A stretch of 64,000 nt of DNA from Octopus vulgaris (taxonomy: Eukaryota). How positions within the stretch are numbered: the stretch's first letter is position 1; each line of letters starts with the position of its first letter. Positions 51,116-63,621 of the stretch are shown here, in pieces. The notes beneath the pieces are model-generated. The model searched no databases and had not been told where the DNA came from. It was given only the letters and a program-made list of their open reading frames with translations. A program made the position numbers and the translations under genes. Location: NCBI GenBank assembly GCA_951406725.2, contig OX597816.1, positions 310,001 to 374,000 on the forward strand, written 5' to 3'.

Positions 51116-51596
51116 CTGAAGAAACACAACACGACAATTATAATGGATGGTGTGTCTGTTTGGGTGTATTTCTATATACCAATATTCACACACGTTTATA
51201 TACTAAGTGCACATACGTAATAGTGGTATACATGATTAAATATTCATAAATATATATCGTCTCCAATTCTCCATTTTTTCCAGTTTAGCATGAGTTGGAT
51301 AGTTTCACTTCCCATCACAAGGTTTTGAGGGGTCTGGTCCCACTACACTTTGGGCAAGTGTCTTCTACTAAAGCCTTAGGCCAATCAAAGCCTTGTAAGT
51401 GGATTTAATAGGCTACCATATATGCTTTTGTGCGTGTGTGTATGTCCCCTTAATATCACTTGATAGTTATAAGCTATGATTGAGAAGGATGGGTAGATAA
51501 TGTTTGTAATAATATTAAAAACTGCATTAAATAGAACTGTCAAATATATTGATCATATTGTTATACTTCAACGCCCATCAAAAACACACTAAGTAC

Positions 51597-51797
51597 CTGA
51601 TTATTATAGACACAATCCTCACAAACAGGACAGCAGTCAATAATATTAGGGTTCTGACACTGAACTTGTGGACATTGCCTTTCCTGACAATTAATGTTTC
51701 CATCTTTACAGATACATCTCTGACACGGGTTGATTGGATCTCGGAAGACCATGTTGTTAGCATATTCAGTTCCATTATATGAACAGTCGTGGCATTC
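51597..51797 (-). CDS. KCP: KCP-like exon C (ECHDCSYNGTEY...DCVYNNQ)
   Basis: aacag acceptor, CAG|GTACTT donor, 201 nt, phase 0-0. Confidence 0.92.
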
Positions 51798-51859
51798 CTG
51801 TTAATAAGAAGAAGAATGAAAGCAATAAATGCAAGAGCAGAACCCATTAATCAGATATG

Positions 51860-52935
51860 GATTTGGATTTGTAGACTGGACCAAAAACGACACAGAAACT
51901 TGACAGAAAAATTAGAAAGCTGTTGACAACGTATGGAGCCCACCATCTGAAAGGCAATATCAACTGGCTGTACCTGAAGAATGACTAGGGTGGAAGAGGC
52001 TTAATTGCCATGAAAAGGTGTGTAAAGATAGAAAGAAAAGGCATACTAGAATATTTACAGAACAGTGCAAAGAAACTATTAAAGACAGTGAATAAGGGAC
52101 AGGTAATCAAGTGTGGAATAGGAGAAAAGGACAAGAATGAGATTCAAAGAGAGCATGCTAGATAGAGTGAAGAGAAAGCTCTGCAATTTTGGAGAGCCAC
52201 TGAAGTTGTATGTGGAACAAAATCCTGGGCTTGGTTTTCAAAAAAAAAAGGTAATTAGAAAAAGAAAGAGAGAGCCTAATTGTAGCAGCCCAGGATCAAG
52301 CAATAAAAACAAATAATATGAGGAAAAATGTATAATCTGTGGAACTAGGAACAAGACATTGGCATGCATTGTTGCAGAATGTCCTAATTTGCACATGAAG
52401 AATATAAGAAATGGAGGCATGACCAAGCTGTAAAAGTTTTCCATTGAAAGCTTTGCCAGAAATAGGGATTTGGTGCTGGAGACACATGGTATGAATATCA
52501 GGTCAAAAGAGTGCTGGAGTCAGAGAATTGTAAGATTCTGCGGGACTTTCCAACAGACAAGAAGCAACAAAATAATATACTAGACATAATAATAATAGAC
52601 AAGAGAAAGTGAAGTTGCCTCCTAATTGATCCATTTTATTCTAGGATCATGAAGAAAGAAGAAAAACAAAAACAATCCCTTAACACTTTGAAATTGCAAG
52701 AATTTGGAATATGAAAATTGTAAAGGTTGTGCCTGCCATAAATATTGCATTGGGAACTGTAAGCAAAGACATAGACAAAGGGTTGGATGAGATTGGAATA
52801 GAATGCCCAGTAGAGATTCTACAGAAAGTTTGCCTCTTAAGGACAGGAAAGATTATCAAGAGAACGAACCCGAGCAGCAGCAGCAGCAGAGGAGGAGGAG
52901 GAGGAGGAAAGAAGAAGAAGAAGAAGAAGAAGAAG
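51860..52935 (+). mobile_element. R4/Dong-type RLE retrotransposon relic (second relic about 53880-54610)
   Basis: Degenerate GGRGL, RHD and IL.DF motifs; ORF 52711..52941 VVP...ALGTV...LQKVCLL.T; ends in triplet microsatellites. Confidence 0.65.
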
Positions 52936-53119
52936 AGATAATAAAGTATTGGTGATCCGAAAAATGGCTACTGTTGCATAGTGAGTGAGATTGACTCAGT
53001 GCACAACCTTTCACCACTTTAAAAAAATCTTCTTGCACTGGCATTGCATGATAACAACATTGATTAAGCTTCGTGCAATGGCCATACTCGGTAACGAGGG
53101 GGCAGCCACCATGTATGCA

Positions 53120-53227
53120 CCTACCTACCTACCTACCTACCTACCCACTAACCTACCTACCTACCTACCTATCTATCTATCTCTCTATCTCTCTCTTTCT
53201 CTCTATCTATCTATCAATCTATATATA

Positions 53228-53266
<39 letters not shown>

Positions 53267-53279
53267 ATCTATCTATATA

Positions 53280-53348
<69 letters not shown>

Positions 53349-53412
53349 CTATCTATCTATCTATCTATGTATATCTCTCTCTCTCTCTCTCTCTATACAT
53401 AGATATATATAT
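53120..53412. repeat. Compound microsatellite (CCTA)n/(TCTA)n/(TA)n/(CT)n
   Basis: Directly visible. Confidence 0.95.
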
Positions 53413-53502
53413 AGCGAGAATTTACAAAAAGTAAAAGACGAAGACAGGTGGTGTAGACAACAAATAGATGTATTAGTTTAACGCTCGGGAAGTAAAAACA
53501 GT

Positions 53503-53538
53503 CTTTAACGTTTCGAGCCTACGCTTTTCCACAGAAAG
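53503..53538 (-). ncRNA. Minimal hammerhead-like motif with U at core position 6
   Basis: CUUU CUGUGGA A AAGC GUAG GCUC GAAA CG UU AAAG; palindromic AACGUU stem III. Confidence 0.55.
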
Positions 53539-53634
53539 GAGCACATAAAGAAACAAGGAGATAAAATAAAGAATGTGTAGTGGCTAGCGATCTATCATGG
53601 CGAATGCCGGACAGAGGGGTCACACAGGAGTGCA

Positions 53635-53790
53635 AAGAAGAAGAAGAAGAAGAAGAAGAAGAAGAAGAAGAAGAAGAAGAAGAAGAAGAAGAAGAAGAAG
53701 AAGAAGAAGAAGAAGAAGAAGAAGAAGAAGAAGAAGAAGAAGAAGAAGAAGAAGAAGAAGAAGAAGAAGAAGAAGAAGAAGAAGAAGAAG
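53635..53790. repeat. Pure (AAG)52 microsatellite
   Basis: 156 uninterrupted bases. Confidence 0.97.
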
Positions 53791-56700
53791 ACCGGGCCAA
53801 GTGGTGGTTGACAAGATGCTCCACTGATGTTGCATGCCCCTTTGACCCATGAATAATCAAGAAGGAAGGCAAAAAATAAATACAACCTTTTTATGTACAA
53901 AATAGCCTGACTTTGGAAAATGCATGTAAGATTCCAGGAGCTCCAACAAAACCTGTGATATAAGAAATAATAATAATAATAATATAGTCTCTGCATACCT
54001 ATCTGAGAGGTTGCAGACTGCACTGAGTAAAAGGTGATCAGTGACAATGGTGAGACCCTCCAGGAGTACAATATGAGGAGTAATTAAAAGAAGATCATCA
54101 ACAGAGAGTCTTTCCCCCAAAAACATCAGATGAAGCTGATAAAGAATCTTGAAGAAGGAAACAGAAAGACTGATCCTTGTTGCTCAAGAACAAGCTTTAT
54201 GAACCAACTGAGTGAAGCACTGATAAGACAGCAGCCGTATCACGTATGAGAAGTACGAAAAAATGTCATGACAAAGTTGCAAAGCAAATACAGTGGGACT
54301 TTTGCAGAAAACTGCAATGTGCAATGTGCCAATAGATGGTAGGAGCACCAAGCTTTGTCGGTAGCAGAGAATGATTTGGTAGAAGACACATGGGATTTTC
54401 TAATCTAAATAGAGAAGCTGTATCAGAACTGAGCAGATATCATTCTTGTCTGGAAGGAGCTCAAAGAATGGAATTTAATTGACGTAGCTATACCTGCAGA
54501 TCAGAATATTGTGAAGACAGAGAATGAGAAAGTCTAAAGAGCATTAAGACTTAGCATTGTAAATGAAATGCATCAAGAAAGCCTCAAAAGTGTGTGTGGT
54601 ATCTTTCAAGATCAGTGCACTTGGAACCATCTCAAAGAAAGCAATATTCTGGTATGAAAATCTGCAAATACCAAACTTCGTAGGAAGTTCATAGTTGGCA
54701 GCAATACCAAGAATGGCACAGGTGTTGAGGAGGAACTGAGATTTGACATCGTTAACTCAGGAATAACAATAATATTGATAATTGCTTCAAATTTTAGCAC
54801 AAGGTGAACAATTTAAAGGAAGGGATAAGTTAATTATAATCAACTCCAGTGTTCCAATGGTACTTATTTTTACTAACCGTAAAGGATGAAAGGTAAAGTT
54901 GAAGTCAGATGAATTTCAAGTCAGAATGTCTGGAGTTGGCAGAAATGCAGCCAAGCATTTTGCCCAATGATTCTGTCAGCTGACAACAGCAGCAACAACA
55001 TTTATGCTGTTTATTTGTTTATGAGTGAAGACTCTTTTAAATCTACCCTCAAACTTTTTATTATGCACCCCCTGCCTCCCATCAGCTGGATCTGTTATTT
55101 TTTAATAAAAAGAATTTACAGATGTTTCAATTTATTAACAATATTCAGCTATTTCAAGTTAGTTTATTATTATTTATTATTTACAATATATTGGTTTCAA
55201 ATTTTGGCACAAGGCCAGCAATTTCGGGGAGGAGCTAAGTCGATTACACCAACCCCCCAGTGATCAACTGGTACTTATTTTATTGACTCCAAAAGGATGA
55301 AAGGTAAAGTCAGCCTCAGTGGAATTTGAACTCAGAAAGTAAAGACAGACAAAATGCCACAAAGCATTTTGCCTGGCATGATAACGATTCTGCCATCTCA
55401 CTGCTTTATTAAATATAATTACAACTCATTATCACCAGCTAACATTCATATTCCATGTTGGTATGGGTTAGGAGATTTAACAGGATCCAACTAGCCTGAG
55501 GGCTACATTGGTCTCCAAAGTCTTGTTTTAAACATGGTTTCTATGGTTGTATGACCTTCCTAATGCCAACTAATTTTCAAAGTGTATTGGATGATTTTTT
55601 TCAAGGCACAAGTTATGTGTCAGGTCACACAAACAAAATATATTTATACACTTCAAATGCATATGAAATATATTTATCTACAAAAAAGACAACAGCTATA
55701 AATATCTAACTTTAATCAGTTTGTAAAAAAAAAAAATTTTATGTATATTCTGAGAAAGAAGGCAAAAAAAAAAAGAAACATATACAATCCTCTTAAATAA
55801 ATGATAGCCTGACTATGGAATGTGAAGATAGTGCCAATTATTGTTGAGTCCTTGAGGACAGTATCAGAAAGCATCAATCGGAATATAAGAAAAAACAGTG
55901 CCTAGAAAGGGCCGTTACAAAAGGATTGCCTCCTTGGCATGGCCAGAAAAATCAGGGACATATTAGATAGTTGAAAAGAACAAACAACATGATACTGTAG
56001 ACTGCAGGCAGTAAGCCTGCTATGAATGCAACACTTTAGGAATTGCAGCAAAACCTGAGATAAAAACAGAAGAATGCACAGCTGCAGTACAACTCATCAG
56101 AAAAGGATAAAAAAAAAGAAGGTACAGAAAATGGCAATATAAAGAAAGTCAGCAATGAAAGACAAAAATATATGCATAGTTCACAGAAGAAAATACAAAT
56201 GGATGGCAAAGTGAACAGTAAAAGAGCCATAAAGAGGAAAGGGTGGATGGGCACATCAGGAGTAGTGTTGATGAATTTTGGGAAGCATAGAATTTTTGAA
56301 GAATACAGTGTCCTGACAGCTAACAACAGACATGATAACTGAAAACTTCTGCCACCAACTTTAAGTAGGGAAGCAACCTCAAACTTATAAATGTAGGGAG
56401 CTGAATATGCAAATATATTTGACAAATCAATTTGGATATGCTGCACATTGTATGTTTTAGTCGCAACCCAATCATAATTATAGTACAGCATACAAGTCTA
56501 AGGTTTAGGCCATTCAACATACAACTTCCATTTGAAAGAAAGTAATTAATTTAAAGAGCTATTTGCTACATTCTACCAATTAATCCTTTTGATACCAACC
56601 CACCTGAAACCACACCTGGTTCTATATTACAAGCTTCTTGTTTTTAAGTGATCTAAATTAAGTTTCCAACAAAATTTCATGTCAATTAATGTTTCAAACA

Positions 56701-56962
56701 CCCGATAAATAATGACAAAGTGATTTTACTACATTTTTGATTATTTTAAAAATTAATTGGAACAAAGACAGTGTTTTCATTAAAAATATGGCAACAAAAA
56801 GGTAAATAATGACATCATCATTATTTTCAAAATCAATTGAAATAAATGTATTTCATCCGAAATGTAGGAACAAAAGTGCTAAACACACCGTGTAGAATCT
56901 GCAAAAACAATAAAAAGAAACTTTTTAGAAAATAGAGATTAAAATTGTTTAAAAGAATATAC

Positions 56963-57645
56963 CTTGCAACAGTGTTTCTTAGCAGGATGAGTACATTCCA
57001 CATCAGGACATTTCTCAACAGTGCAGTGAATATTTCCATCAAGACATTGGCATATTTGACAACTGTCCGTTTCGTGAGCAAACCTCTGTTGGTTTCTTAA
57101 AGTTCTCCCTTCATAAAGACAGTCAGCACAAACTGGGCAGCAAGAATTAATAACTGGGTTATTACAGGTGACTGGCTGACATTCTTTCTGAGTACATATC
57201 ACACTGCCTTCCATGCATTCACAAATTTGACACTCGTCAGCCGGATGGGCAAACTTTTGCCTGTCCTGAATCTCATGCCCATCAAAATCACAACTGGCAC
57301 ATTTAGGACAACAAGTGTTTTGTTTTGAAGGATGAGTACATGAGACTGGGGGACACTGACTTGTCTGACATCTCACTGATCCTTTCTCACAGTGACAAGT
57401 TTCACAAGGATTCTCTGGGTTGGCAAATACTTTGCTATCCCTATAGGTCTGGGAAAAGTAGTTGCAGTTTTGGCATGACTGACAGCATTCTCCAGGCTCT
57501 TGGTTGGGATGAGTGCAGTGCAAAGTTGGACAGAATTTCTTATTACATACAACTGTGCCCTCTTGGCATTGGCAAGTACTGCAAGTGTCTTGTGGGTTCT
57601 GAAAGACTTCTTTATTTTGGAAGTTGTTGCCAGAGAATGTGCAAT
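56963..57645 (-). CDS. KCP: KCP-like exon B (four tandem VWC domains)
   Basis: Within ORF 56939..57670; tacag acceptor, AAG|GTATAT donor, 683 nt, phase 1-0. Confidence 0.93.
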
Positions 57646-58784
57646 CTGTAAAACAAAGTGAACAAAACATAAATATAAATAAGAATTCTTATCATCATCA
57701 TCATCATTTAACATCCATTGCCCCAGCTGGCATGAGTTAGATGGTTTGACAAGAGCTGGTAAAGCCGGGAAGCTGCACCAGACTCCAGTCCGATTAGGCA
57801 TGGTTTCTAAAGCTGGATGCCCTTCCTAATGCCAACCATTTTACAGAGTGTGCTAGGTGCTTTTTACATGGCATTGCATGGACACTTTTATATGGCGCTG
57901 TACAGGCACATTTATGTGGCACCGCATGGGTGCTTTTATATGGTGTCACACAGCCACTTTTACATGATGCCACACAGATGCTTAACACCACCAAAGGGAC
58001 CAGGGCTGTGGAGTGCAGGTGTTCTTGGCTGCAGCAGGGTGCCAGACATCTCAGTCCTTTGTCATCTCACCTGAAAGGTTCAGTATACTGAGGTTGTTCT
58101 TCAGGATTTCATCCCATGTCTTCCTCAGTCTCCAACAATACTCCCAACTCTTTCCTAACCAGGAATGTCACTCTCCCACCTCATCAGATCATCCATGCTT
58201 TAATCTCTTTCCTCCTAGCTCACACCCCCTTCCTCACTCTCAATCTTTATTTACTTTTTCCACATGAGAGTGATGGATCCACACCTCACCCACCCACCCA
58301 CTCACGCTTTTATCCTGCCTCCTTCTCCACCATCACAACAAATCTCTTCCTCTCATTAGACTTCATCAACTCACCTAGAATCATCCCCTTCCCCCCTCTC
58401 TCTTTCTTTCTTCTTGTTTCAGTATGTCAGTTCTTTAGTTTTGCTGTGTACAAGACCACCTCACCAGTGCTGATGCCACAAAGCTAAAAAGCATCCTAGA
58501 TGTGCCGTAAAGTAGTTGATATCAGGAATGGCATCTAAGACATAAAAACAATGCCAAGACTGAGACATTGGAGCAGGATTCATTAAACTCAGTCAAACTG
58601 TCCATGCCAGCATGGAAGGTAGACAATGATGATACACACACACATTTATGTATACACAAGGGCTGTAAGTTCAATCATCTAAATTTGAACTCCATATTAT
58701 TGAACATTTTATTTTAACTTGCAGCTCTTTTAAACATGTAGTTACATTAAAAAAAAGACATCCTCATCATTGTTTTATGTCTGC

Positions 58785-60330
58785 TCAATTAATTGAGAAG
58801 AGAGTTAGCACATGAGATGCAGTTTTGTGCCAGGGAGAAGCACCACTGATGCCATCTTCCTGGTGAGGCAACTGCAGGAGAAATACTTGGCCAAAAATAA
58901 ACCCCTGTTTCTGGCTTTTGTTGACCTGGAGAAAGCCTTTGGCATGGTGCCCTGATCTCTTATCTGGGGGGCAATGCAGAAGCAAGAGATAGATCAGTGG
59001 TTAGTGGGAGTTGTCCAAGCCATGTATAGGGAGGCTGTTAGTAAGATGAGAGTGGCCAATGAATATAGCAAGGAGTTTAGTGTACAAGTAGGAATCCACC
59101 AGGGTTCAGTTCTTAGCCTCCACTTATTTATCATAGTCCTCCAAGCTATAACTGAGGAATATATGCTGATGACCTTGTTCTCACTGCTGAATCCCTACCT
59201 GAACTAGAGAAGAAATTTCAGGTATGGAAGCACAGACTGTAATCAAAGGGCCTTAGAGTTAATTTAGTACAAGCCAAAGTATTGATAAGTAAGAAAATGA
59301 CAAATTGCAGATTCCTCCGGGGAGATGGCCCTGCTCAATATGTAGAAAAGGTGTTGGGAGAAACTCCATAAGATGTACCCAGTGTAAGCTATGGACACAT
59401 AAGAGGTGCAGCAATATCAGAGGCTAACTAACAGAGAGGGTAATCTTTACATGTGGCAGATGTGTGGATACATTAAACACCAGGAATACATAAAAAATAG
59501 ACTCTCTCGTATACCAGGGGGAGATCCCTAGAAGTAGTAGATAGCTTCCATTACTTAGGGGACCAAGTTAGTAGTGGGGCAGGTTGTTCTGAAAGCATAG
59601 CTGCTAGAATAAGAATAGACTGGGTGAAGTTCAGAGAGCTGCTACCTCTGTTAGTAATGAAGGGCCTCTCCATCAGAGTGAAAGGCAGATTGTATCATGC
59701 CCATTTACAGACACCTATGCTGTATGGCAGTGAGACATGGGCTGTGACTACTGAGGATATGCAAAGACTTGAAAGAACTGAAACCAGTATGCTCCACTGG
59801 ATGGGTAATGTTAGTGTGCATATACGACAGAGTGTAAGTGATTTGAGAGAAAAACTGTTGTATTAGATATGGTGTGCAAGAGAGAAGACTGCACTGGTAT
59901 GGCCATGTAATGTGTATGAATGAAGACAATTGCAACAAGAAGTGCAGATTTCTAATTGTGCGTGTGGAAGGATAGACCCAGGAAGACATGGGACAAAGTG
60001 GTGAGAAAGGATCTACAGATGATGGGAGTCACAGGAGGGGATGTCAAGGAACCATGACTCCTGGTGGCTTGCTGTGCTGGAAAAGACACATCAAGCTAAG
60101 TAAAAGCATGGCTGTCCTTGCTTACAGGATCATCCCCTGCAATCCTCTCCAGCTGAGGATCCATAATCTCATGGGTTTGTAGGTGCTGGTGCTACATAAA
60201 AAGCACCTGGTGCATTCTGTAAAGTGCCGTTAGGAAGGGCATCCAGCCATAGAAACCACACCAAAACAGACAGGGAGCCTCAACAGCCCTTCAGCTGGTC
60301 AGATCCTGTCAAACTGTCCAATCAGCCACA
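58785..60330 (+). mobile_element. Degenerate RTE-type LINE
   Basis: FVDLEKAF, GIHQGSVLS, YADD, Cys cluster, KFRELLPLL. Confidence 0.88.
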
Positions 60331-60637
60331 CCTAAGTGGTTACAAAGCTTTTCGTTTTTTTTCAAAATTAAAAGATAAGTGTTGAACAGAAACTATGAAA
60401 GAGTAATTTGCGTGGTATTATTGGATCAATTTCTCATTGATATCATTTAAGGACCAAAACACTTGAAAGTGGGTAGGATTCTTTTCTGAAGACCTTTTGC
60501 TATTCAGCTGTCCCTAGATTCTTACAACCACTACCACCATTCATCAACACTATCTCCAGAAACAGCACCATCAACACTCTATTTCCACACATTATGTCCC
60601 CTTACCCTCTTTTTAAAAATACTTTTTTGTAAGGTTT

Positions 60638-63358
60638 CATCATCATTTAACGTCCGTTTTCTATGCTGGCATGGATTGGACGGTTCGACTGGCATCTGGG
60701 AAGCCAGGAGGTTGCACCAGGCTCCAATCTGATCTGCCAGTGTTTCTACAGCTGGATGCCCTTCCTAACACCAACAACTCTGAGAGTGTAGTGGGTGCTT
60801 TTTACATGCCACCGGCACAATGGCCAGAGTAGGTTGGCATCAACCACAATCGAATGGTGCTTTTTACATACCACTGGCACAGAAGCCAGTCAAGGCGGTG
60901 CTGGCATCGGCCACATTTGGATGGTGCTTTTTACATGCCACCAGCATGGGGACCACAACTACAATTTCCATTTGATTTGATGTTAATGTTGATGTACTTG
61001 ACTCAATAGGTCTCCTCAAGCATGGCATGTCGCCCTATGATCCAAGGTACCTTTGAGTAGGCTGGTTATGCAACACTGGTGTAGGTTACATCTATGGACT
61101 CACTTTATTTGCTGGGTCTTCTCAGTCACAGAATATCTCAAGAGGTCTCGGTCTTTTGTCATTGCCTCTGTGAGGCCCAACGTTCGAAGGTCATGCTTAA
61201 CCACCTCATCCCACATCTTCCTGGGTCTCCCTCTACCCCGGATTCCTTCCACTGTTTGGGAGTGGCACTTCTTCACATAGCTGTCCTCATCCATCCATCA
61301 TCATCACCATCATTGTTCGACCGTGGTTGAGACAATGGAATTTACCATGCTACGCCAGACTTCATGGTCCATCATGGCATTACGGAGGTCCTGTTGCTGG
61401 ATGCCTGTATCCCTGGAGATTACATCAGGGTAGGAGAGTGCGTGCCCTCTGGTATCGTGAGCAGATGGCTTCCAGAGGAGAAGAGTAGAAATTACCTCTT
61501 TTTCAGCTCTACAACAATGTCCAGCAAACTGGACTCTCCTACCTTTCACAAGAGATGACACAGGTGGTAGTTTCCCATATATTTGCATTTTGGTTGGATG
61601 GCACTTCCACGAGAGATTTTGAGCTCTCATAAGGAGGCGAGTGTAGGTTCCATCCAACCGCCTCTCAAGCTTCTTTGATAACGTCCAGGTTTCTGAGCCA
61701 TATAGTAGAATTGGTTCGACTGTGGCTTTGAATATTTCAAGTTTGAAGTCTCTACTTAGATTTGATGACCAGATCTTATGCATGTCATTACAGGCTGACC
61801 AGGCCATACCCTTTCTAGTTATAAAGTCTTTTCCAGATGATGATATGTATGACCCAAGATATTTATAATCAGAAACCATATTTAAAGGCGCACTGTTGAG
61901 AGTGTGGATGATGCAATCACTGTTGGACAGGCACTTGTTTATGTATTCAGTTTTGGCCTCATTGAGGTAAAGACCTACACAATTTGAGGCTTGTTCAAGA
62001 GATTGTAAAAGAGACTGGGCATTGGAGAGAGAATCACTGATAAGAGCGATGTCGTCAGCAAAGTCAGTGTCTGTCAAGTACTCAGCTGGGTGTCTGGAAC
62101 TTCTTCTTGGTTTTATTTCAAAGCCCTTGCCAGAGATGGTATCAACTGACATACGTAGCACATAATCAACAACAATGATGAAAAGAAATGGGGCGAGTGT
62201 GTCTCCCTGCAGTATTCCGGCTTTGATTGAGAAAGATGATGTTTCTCTGTCAGGGGTTAAGATGGTTGAAGACGTATCTGTGTAGAGGACCTTGATCGCA
62301 GAAATGATTTTGTCTGGTATCCCATAGAGCTTAAGGATTTCAAACATCTTGTACCTATCTAAAGCGTTCGACCATCCATAGTACATGACCATACCAACAC
62401 AAACGTCTCTCTTGCACACCACATCCAAAGCTTCTTATGTCCAACATTTCTCTCAGGGCACATACACTCTGTCGTACATGCACACTGACATTACACATCC
62501 AGTGGATCGTGCTAGCTTCATTTCTTTCGAGCCTATGCATGTCCTCTGCAGTCACAACCCATGTTTCACTGCCATGAAGCATGGCAGTTCACACACATGC
62601 ATCGTACAATGTACCTTTCACTCCGAACAAGAGGCCCTATTGTCACCAGTAGGGGTAAAAGCTTTCTGAACTTTGCCCAGGCTATTCTTATTCTAGTGTA
62701 ACACTCTCTGAGCATCCACCCCCACTACAGGCTTGGTCACCTAGGTAGCAGAAGCTATGAACTACTTCTAGTTTCTCCCCTTGTCATGTGATGGAATCTG
62801 TTTTCTGAGCATCTGTGGTGTTTATTGCCCCTGTGCATCTGTCACACATGAAAGCTATCTTCCCGGTTAATCTTCCTCTGATGTTGTTGCAGCTCTTATG
62901 TGTCCATAGCTTGCACTGGGTACATCTTATGGAACTTCTACCTATACCTTTTCTACAGATTGAGCAGGGCCACCTACCTGAAGGGGTGTTGATGTGTTCA
63001 CCTTCCTACTTACTAGAACTTTGGTCTTTGCGGCATTGACTCTAAGGCCCTTCAATTCTAAACCTTGCTTCCACCTCTGAGATTTCTTCTCTAGTTCCGG
63101 TAGTGATTCTGCTATGAGAGCCAGGTCATCAGCATAGAGGAGTTCCCAGGGGTAACCTGTCTTGAATTCTTCTGTAATTGCTTGGAGGACTAAGACGAAC
63201 AAGAAGGGGCTGAGGGCTGATCCTTGGTAGACCCCTACTTCTACCCGGAATTCTTCACTATACTCACTACCAACCCAAACCTTACTAATGGCATCTCTGT
63301 ATAGGGCCTGTACAGCCCTTATTAACCATTTGTCAATCCCCAGTTTCCGCATCACCCA
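60638..63358 (-). mobile_element. RTE-type LINE (RT to 3' tail) split by a nested insertion at 61299-62371
   Basis: ORF 62942..63355 (QGSALSP, LLYADDLAL); the frame GHVL.M|DEDSYVKK rejoins across the insertion. Confidence 0.9.
61299..62371 (-). mobile_element. 5'-truncated RTE-superclade (RTEX-like) LINE with an open RT frame
   Basis: ORF 61310..62428 (GILQGDTLAPFLF, DTDFADDIAL, LLYGSETW); (GAT)n tail; TSD CCATCCAT at 61291-61298 and 62372-62379. Confidence 0.9.
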
Positions 63359-63416
63359 CCAAATAAAAAGATAAACATGCTGGCAAGCACTGGTAACTCA
63401 GAAGAAAACCACTTAC

Positions 63417-63621
63417 TGTAACAGGAAGGACAGCAGCCATCAGTGTTTGCCGGATGCTGACATTGCAAATCAGGACAAGAGACTGATTGACAGGTGACTT
63501 GCGAGTTTTGACAGATACATTCTTCACATTCGTTATGGCTTAAGAAAACCTCGGCTTCTTTGTAAGTTTTCCCTTCATATGAACAAGTTGAACCATCTGC
63601 ATCACAGACAACGGAACCAGC
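63417..63621 (-). CDS. KCP: KCP-like exon A (VWC: AGSVVCDADGSTCSYEGKTY...GCCPSCY)
   Basis: tttcag acceptor, GTAAGT donor, 205 nt, phase 0-1. Confidence 0.9.

Larger units (their letters stand above)
196..63621 (-). other. KCP: Kielin/chordin-like protein gene (partial; 22 exons in window, about 17 VWC domains + VWD + start of C8 region)
   Basis: 22 GT-AG exons with matching phases sum to 3657 nt without a stop. Repeated C-x2-C-x-C...CC-x2-C VWC signature, then VWD motifs (HYRTFDG, FQGACNY, TCGLCGNFNG). Many VWC + one VWD is the kielin/KCP architecture; BMPER/Cv-2 has only 5 VWC. Confidence 0.88.

Noticed and set aside
52985-54071. Poly-E/R/S/F/L and IYIY ORFs
   Set aside because: Translations of (GAA)n and (TA)/(TCTA) microsatellites
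196-63621. Alternative identities: BMPER/Cv-2, CRIM1, VWF or mucin
   Set aside because: About 17 or more VWCs preceding a single VWD fits kielin/KCP; BMPER has five VWCs, CRIM1 lacks VWD, and VWF/mucins place VWD domains before the VWC domains
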